From positions 1 to 28,725 of the IMG/VR virus record IMGVR_UViG_3300032237_000457: DNA of 28,725 nucleotides; one strand, 5' to 3'. Position numbers and translations under genes: made by a program. Below are positions 25,801 to 28,725 of the stretch, in pieces. The notes under the pieces were generated by a model. It did not search any database. It had not been told where the DNA came from and worked only from the letters and a program-made list of their open reading frames with translations. This DNA is from a virus. Lineage: Duplodnaviria; Caudoviricetes. Numbering within the stretch: position 1 is the first letter of the stretch; each line of letters begins with the position of its first letter.

Positions 25801-27696
25801 TTATATGTCCTTAATATTTTTTTCGTCTAATAATGAAGATTCCTGTTTCGCTTCAAACACTATTTGTTTATCAGCTCTAGGTATATCTTGTAGCATACTT
25901 TTATAGCGCATTGACTCAGCTAATGCTAAAGCGCCGTAGCTTTTTGGTGTGCCACTACCTTCATCCGGTATATTTGCTGTGTATAGTGTAGCATTTTCTT
26001 TGCTACCTAATCTATCTTTACCTAATGGGTCTTTTTGTGTACCGATGATAGATGCTTTTTCTTCAGGACGACCAACGGGACGTTTTTCATCATATCCTGG
26101 AGGGACAGATCCATCTACATTCATACCTGTTCTACCTTTACCATACAATGATGCTAAGTCATGTGGTGTACCATATGATTTACCGGATTTAGCTGGGTCA
26201 TTACCTTCATTTTCAATTTGTGATAAGCGGAATGTACGTTTCATATCTTCAATAACAAGATCACGTACTTCATCATATTGATCTTCACTGAATTGGAAGA
26301 TATTGTCATATATCCAATCTGATGGTACTAATTTACTATCAGTTAAGTCTTTAGCTAGTGCAATTTTTTCCTTCCATAATGCTATTTTTTCTTGCTCATA
26401 TATAATAGATGGAACAGTTAATGATAATTCAAAATTACTTAAAGCAGCACCATCAAATCCTTGAGTGTATAAATGTACTAATGCAATTTTATATAATTCA
26501 GATAATACAATACGTTGAATACGTTCTACTGTACGAGCGAAACGAATATCTTCAGCTGCTAATGTAGCTTTACCAGTTAAATCTTTTTCAAATCCAAAGA
26601 ATGCTTTAGGTACTTTAAGCGCAGCTAACATCTCATCACGTAAGAAGTTTACGTCATCAATAGCATTATATTCAAGACCTTTTAATGTGTCTATCTTAGT
26701 ATTTGAATTAGCACCACGTTGAGGAATATAAAAATCTTCCATCACATTCATCATGTTGTACTTCAGATTATATTCACCTGTATTTTTATCTATATATGGT
26801 GTTTTTTGCATTTTCTGCTTTAAACGCTCCATGTATCCATCTACTTCATTTGGAGGTAAATTACCTATATCAACATAAAATACACGTTTTTCCGGGGCAC
26901 GTGTTATACGATGGAGCAACATTGCATCCTTCATTAGCACGTATTGCTTGTAAGTTTTACGAGCTGGTTCTATATATGAACGTCCATAAGGAAGATAGTT
27001 AGCATCAGTTAATAGTCTGAAATGAGCTATTTCATAGTTTTCAAATTTAATTTTACCATCTCTATCCTTAACACGACTATTGATACCGCCAGCTGCGATT
27101 ACCATTGGGTCAATCTTAAAGCAAACATAAGATGGATTTTGTGGATCCATACCCTCTTCACGAATCATATCATAAACTGATAATGGTGTTACATTATATA
27201 CGCCAAATTTTTCAGCTATTTCAAGATGTAAATAGAAATCACCATATTTACACATATTACGGATCCATAACCATAGATTAAACTCAATGTTTAATACATC
27301 ATAAAATAAATTATAAAGTATGCGTTGTACATTTTCGTCTGATGATCGGATTTGTATTACTTCGTGTGCTTCATTCTTCAATGTTGCTTCATCAGCAATA
27401 ATATCAAGTGCAGAGGCAATGATTGATTCAGTATCCATAGCTTCATAATCAGTATATAACTGAATACGAAGTGTTTGGTAATTCATTGTTGGGTTATATG
27501 GCATATTAGCGCCATAGCGGTGTAGTTTAGTAAATCTATCAATTAAAGCATTAGTTTTTACATTACCATATGCTTGAATGCGATCCGTATCTATAACTTT
27601 TAGTTGATTACCGCCTACGTTCCTGATTACTACGTCAGTACCGAATAGACGTTTCAATCTACTAAATAATCCTGCTCCTGTATTTTGTTCAGCCAT
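25801..27696 (-). CDS. gp20: Portal protein (T4 gp20-like)
   Basis: SALDIIADEA, DAMLLHRITRAPEKRVFYVDIGNLP, MEDFYIPQRG...IDTLKG, ALKVP, EDIRFARTVERIQ. Confidence 0.96.
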   Translation of the reverse strand: MAEQNTGAGLFSRLKRLFGTDVVIRNVGGNQLKVIDTDRIQAYGNVKTNALIDRFTKLHRYGANMPYNPTMNYQTLRIQLYTDYEAMDTESIIASALDIIADEATLKNEAHEVIQIRSSDENVQRILYNLFYDVLNIEFNLWLWIRNMCKYGDFYLHLEIAEKFGVYNVTPLSVYDMIREEGMDPQNPSYVCFKIDPMVIAAGGINSRVKDRDGKIKFENYEIAHFRLLTDANYLPYGRSYIEPARKTYKQYVLMKDAMLLHRITRAPEKRVFYVDIGNLPPNEVDGYMERLKQKMQKTPYIDKNTGEYNLKYNMMNVMEDFYIPQRGANSNTKIDTLKGLEYNAIDDVNFLRDEMLAALKVPKAFFGFEKDLTGKATLAAEDIRFARTVERIQRIVLSELYKIALVHLYTQGFDGAALSNFELSLTVPSIIYEQEKIALWKEKIALAKDLTDSKLVPSDWIYDNIFQFSEDQYDEVRDLVIEDMKRTFRLSQIENEGNDPAKSGKSYGTPHDLASLYGKGRTGMNVDGSVPPGYDEKRPVGRPEEKASIIGTQKDPLGKDRLGSKENATLYTANIPDEGSGTPKSYGALALAESMRYKSMLQDIPRADKQIVFEAKQESSLLDEKNIKDI

Positions 27697-27716
27697 TTTT
27701 TATCTTTATTATATCA

Positions 27717-27728
27717 ATAAATATTTAT
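27717..27728 (-). promoter_or_regulatory. ATATTTAT putative late-promoter motif within palindrome ATAAATATTTAT
   Basis: Copy 20 nt upstream of the portal ATG, forming a 12-bp palindrome. Confidence 0.65.
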
Positions 27729-27731
27729 CAT

Positions 27732-28725
27732 TTATAATACCCACGTTATATCTTCAGTACCATAGGGGGTATCTATTTGGTAGGGATTTGGTTGTCCCAT
27801 AGGTGTTGTTGGTCTATAAGCTTGTGTTGTGCTTGAAATTAAATCAATTGATCTTCTAGTCATATCCATACCTTGTTGATGAAATTTAATACCAGTATCT
27901 CTAGCAAACAACCCAATTCCAGCAGCCATTACCAAGTCATCATTATATCCATTCTGTGCTTGTGCTTTACCATGCATCCAAACAAACACACGTAATTCTT
28001 CTAGTAAGCGTTTTGAATGAAAAATAAAATGTCTATCTCGAATATACGACTCCATTTTTGAAATAACAAGTGGTCTTGTCTTTTGAGAGTTAGTAAATCC
28101 AGGTACTATTTGATCGCTTTCCATTTTAGACATCCACTTATCCATATTCATTTCACCATTTGCTCGAACTGAATAGTATAGATTTGGGTATTCTTTTTCT
28201 ATAATTGTATTAATTACATCCCATCCTATGTTTGAGTTCTCGGGTACTAATAATGCATTATTCCATTCAGCCGCTACCGATACAAGCATATTACCAAATT
28301 CTCTAGTGCCTATTTGTGATTTATATTCAGCAACTTGTTCACACGCTTCCACATCAATGACATGGAATGTTGAATAATCCGAGCCATCTCCGCGAGCAAC
28401 ATCAGCAGAGATAATATAAGACTTACTATAATTAGGATAGCTCCAAAGCCAATAATCACCACCCAAAAAGCGACGCTCAACAGGCTCTTGTATAAATGTT
28501 TGTTCATAAAATGATAATATATCTGATTCAACTACTGAATTACCTGATCCTAAAAAGTCACAATCATACTCTTGAGCAAATTCACGTGGTGACATGTTTG
28601 CACGTTCCCGTTCTTCCCAACCTGGATCTACTGGTGCTACTCTATCTGGATGTAGGTTCCATTTTAGCTCTATAGGCATAAAGTCATTTTTACCTATTTG
28701 AGCTTCAGTATACATCTTATGAAAC
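27732..28725 (-). CDS. terL: Terminase large subunit (C-terminal part; 5' end outside window)
   Basis: Frame open to the right edge (...FHKMYTEA). FAQEYDCDFLGSG, RNase H-like nuclease motifs ISADVARGDGSDYS, VPENSNIG and NDDLVMA. Confidence 0.95.
   Translation of the reverse strand, partial: FHKMYTEAQIGKNDFMPIELKWNLHPDRVAPVDPGWEERERANMSPREFAQEYDCDFLGSGNSVVESDILSFYEQTFIQEPVERRFLGGDYWLWSYPNYSKSYIISADVARGDGSDYSTFHVIDVEACEQVAEYKSQIGTREFGNMLVSVAAEWNNALLVPENSNIGWDVINTIIEKEYPNLYYSVRANGEMNMDKWMSKMESDQIVPGFTNSQKTRPLVISKMESYIRDRHFIFHSKRLLEELRVFVWMHGKAQAQNGYNDDLVMAAGIGLFARDTGIKFHQQGMDMTRRSIDLISSTTQAYRPTTPMGQPNPYQIDTPYGTEDITWVL

Noticed and set aside
18-26281. Plus-strand ORFs in the track (e.g. 18..362, 6913..7107, 8397..8660, 11084..11416, 25949..26281)
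   Set aside because: Antisense shadows of clear minus-strand genes. The Pro-rich ones simply mirror Gly codons.
1-28725. Stop-codon reassignment, introns or inteins in core genes, tRNAs
   Set aside because: Core genes are full length in code 11, portal, MCP and the terminase fragment show no interruptions, and no tRNA-like sequence was seen in the short intergenic gaps.

Overview
AT-rich window from a large tailed dsDNA phage (myovirus) with T4-superfamily virion genes. All real genes are on the minus strand and read through in standard code 11. In transcription order: large terminase (partial), portal, several head-associated unknowns, prohead protease, scaffold, major capsid protein, PhoH, gp13/gp14/gp15-like neck genes, a fibre cluster ending in three tandem glycine-rich adhesin-like paralogues, three small unknowns, tail sheath, tail tube, a gp26-like/gp51-like pair and a tape-measure gene (partial, absent from the ORF track). 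A-rich leaders without Shine-Dalgarno sequences and a repeated ATATTTAT upstream motif suggest a Bacteroidota host (inference). Main leads: (1) a probable +1 frameshift fusing the two tail-assembly-chaperone ORFs; (2) a [S/T]-[G/A]-S motif concentrated in predicted virion-surface proteins and nearly absent from internal ones, a candidate modification sequon; (3) an RMQxLA(G/N)(I/L)I peptide shared by the scaffold C-terminus and the N-termini of two unknowns, a candidate capsid cargo-loading tag; (4) a structured, SD-containing scaffold leader overlapping a terminator. Functional calls are from motif recognition by eye and no database search was run.
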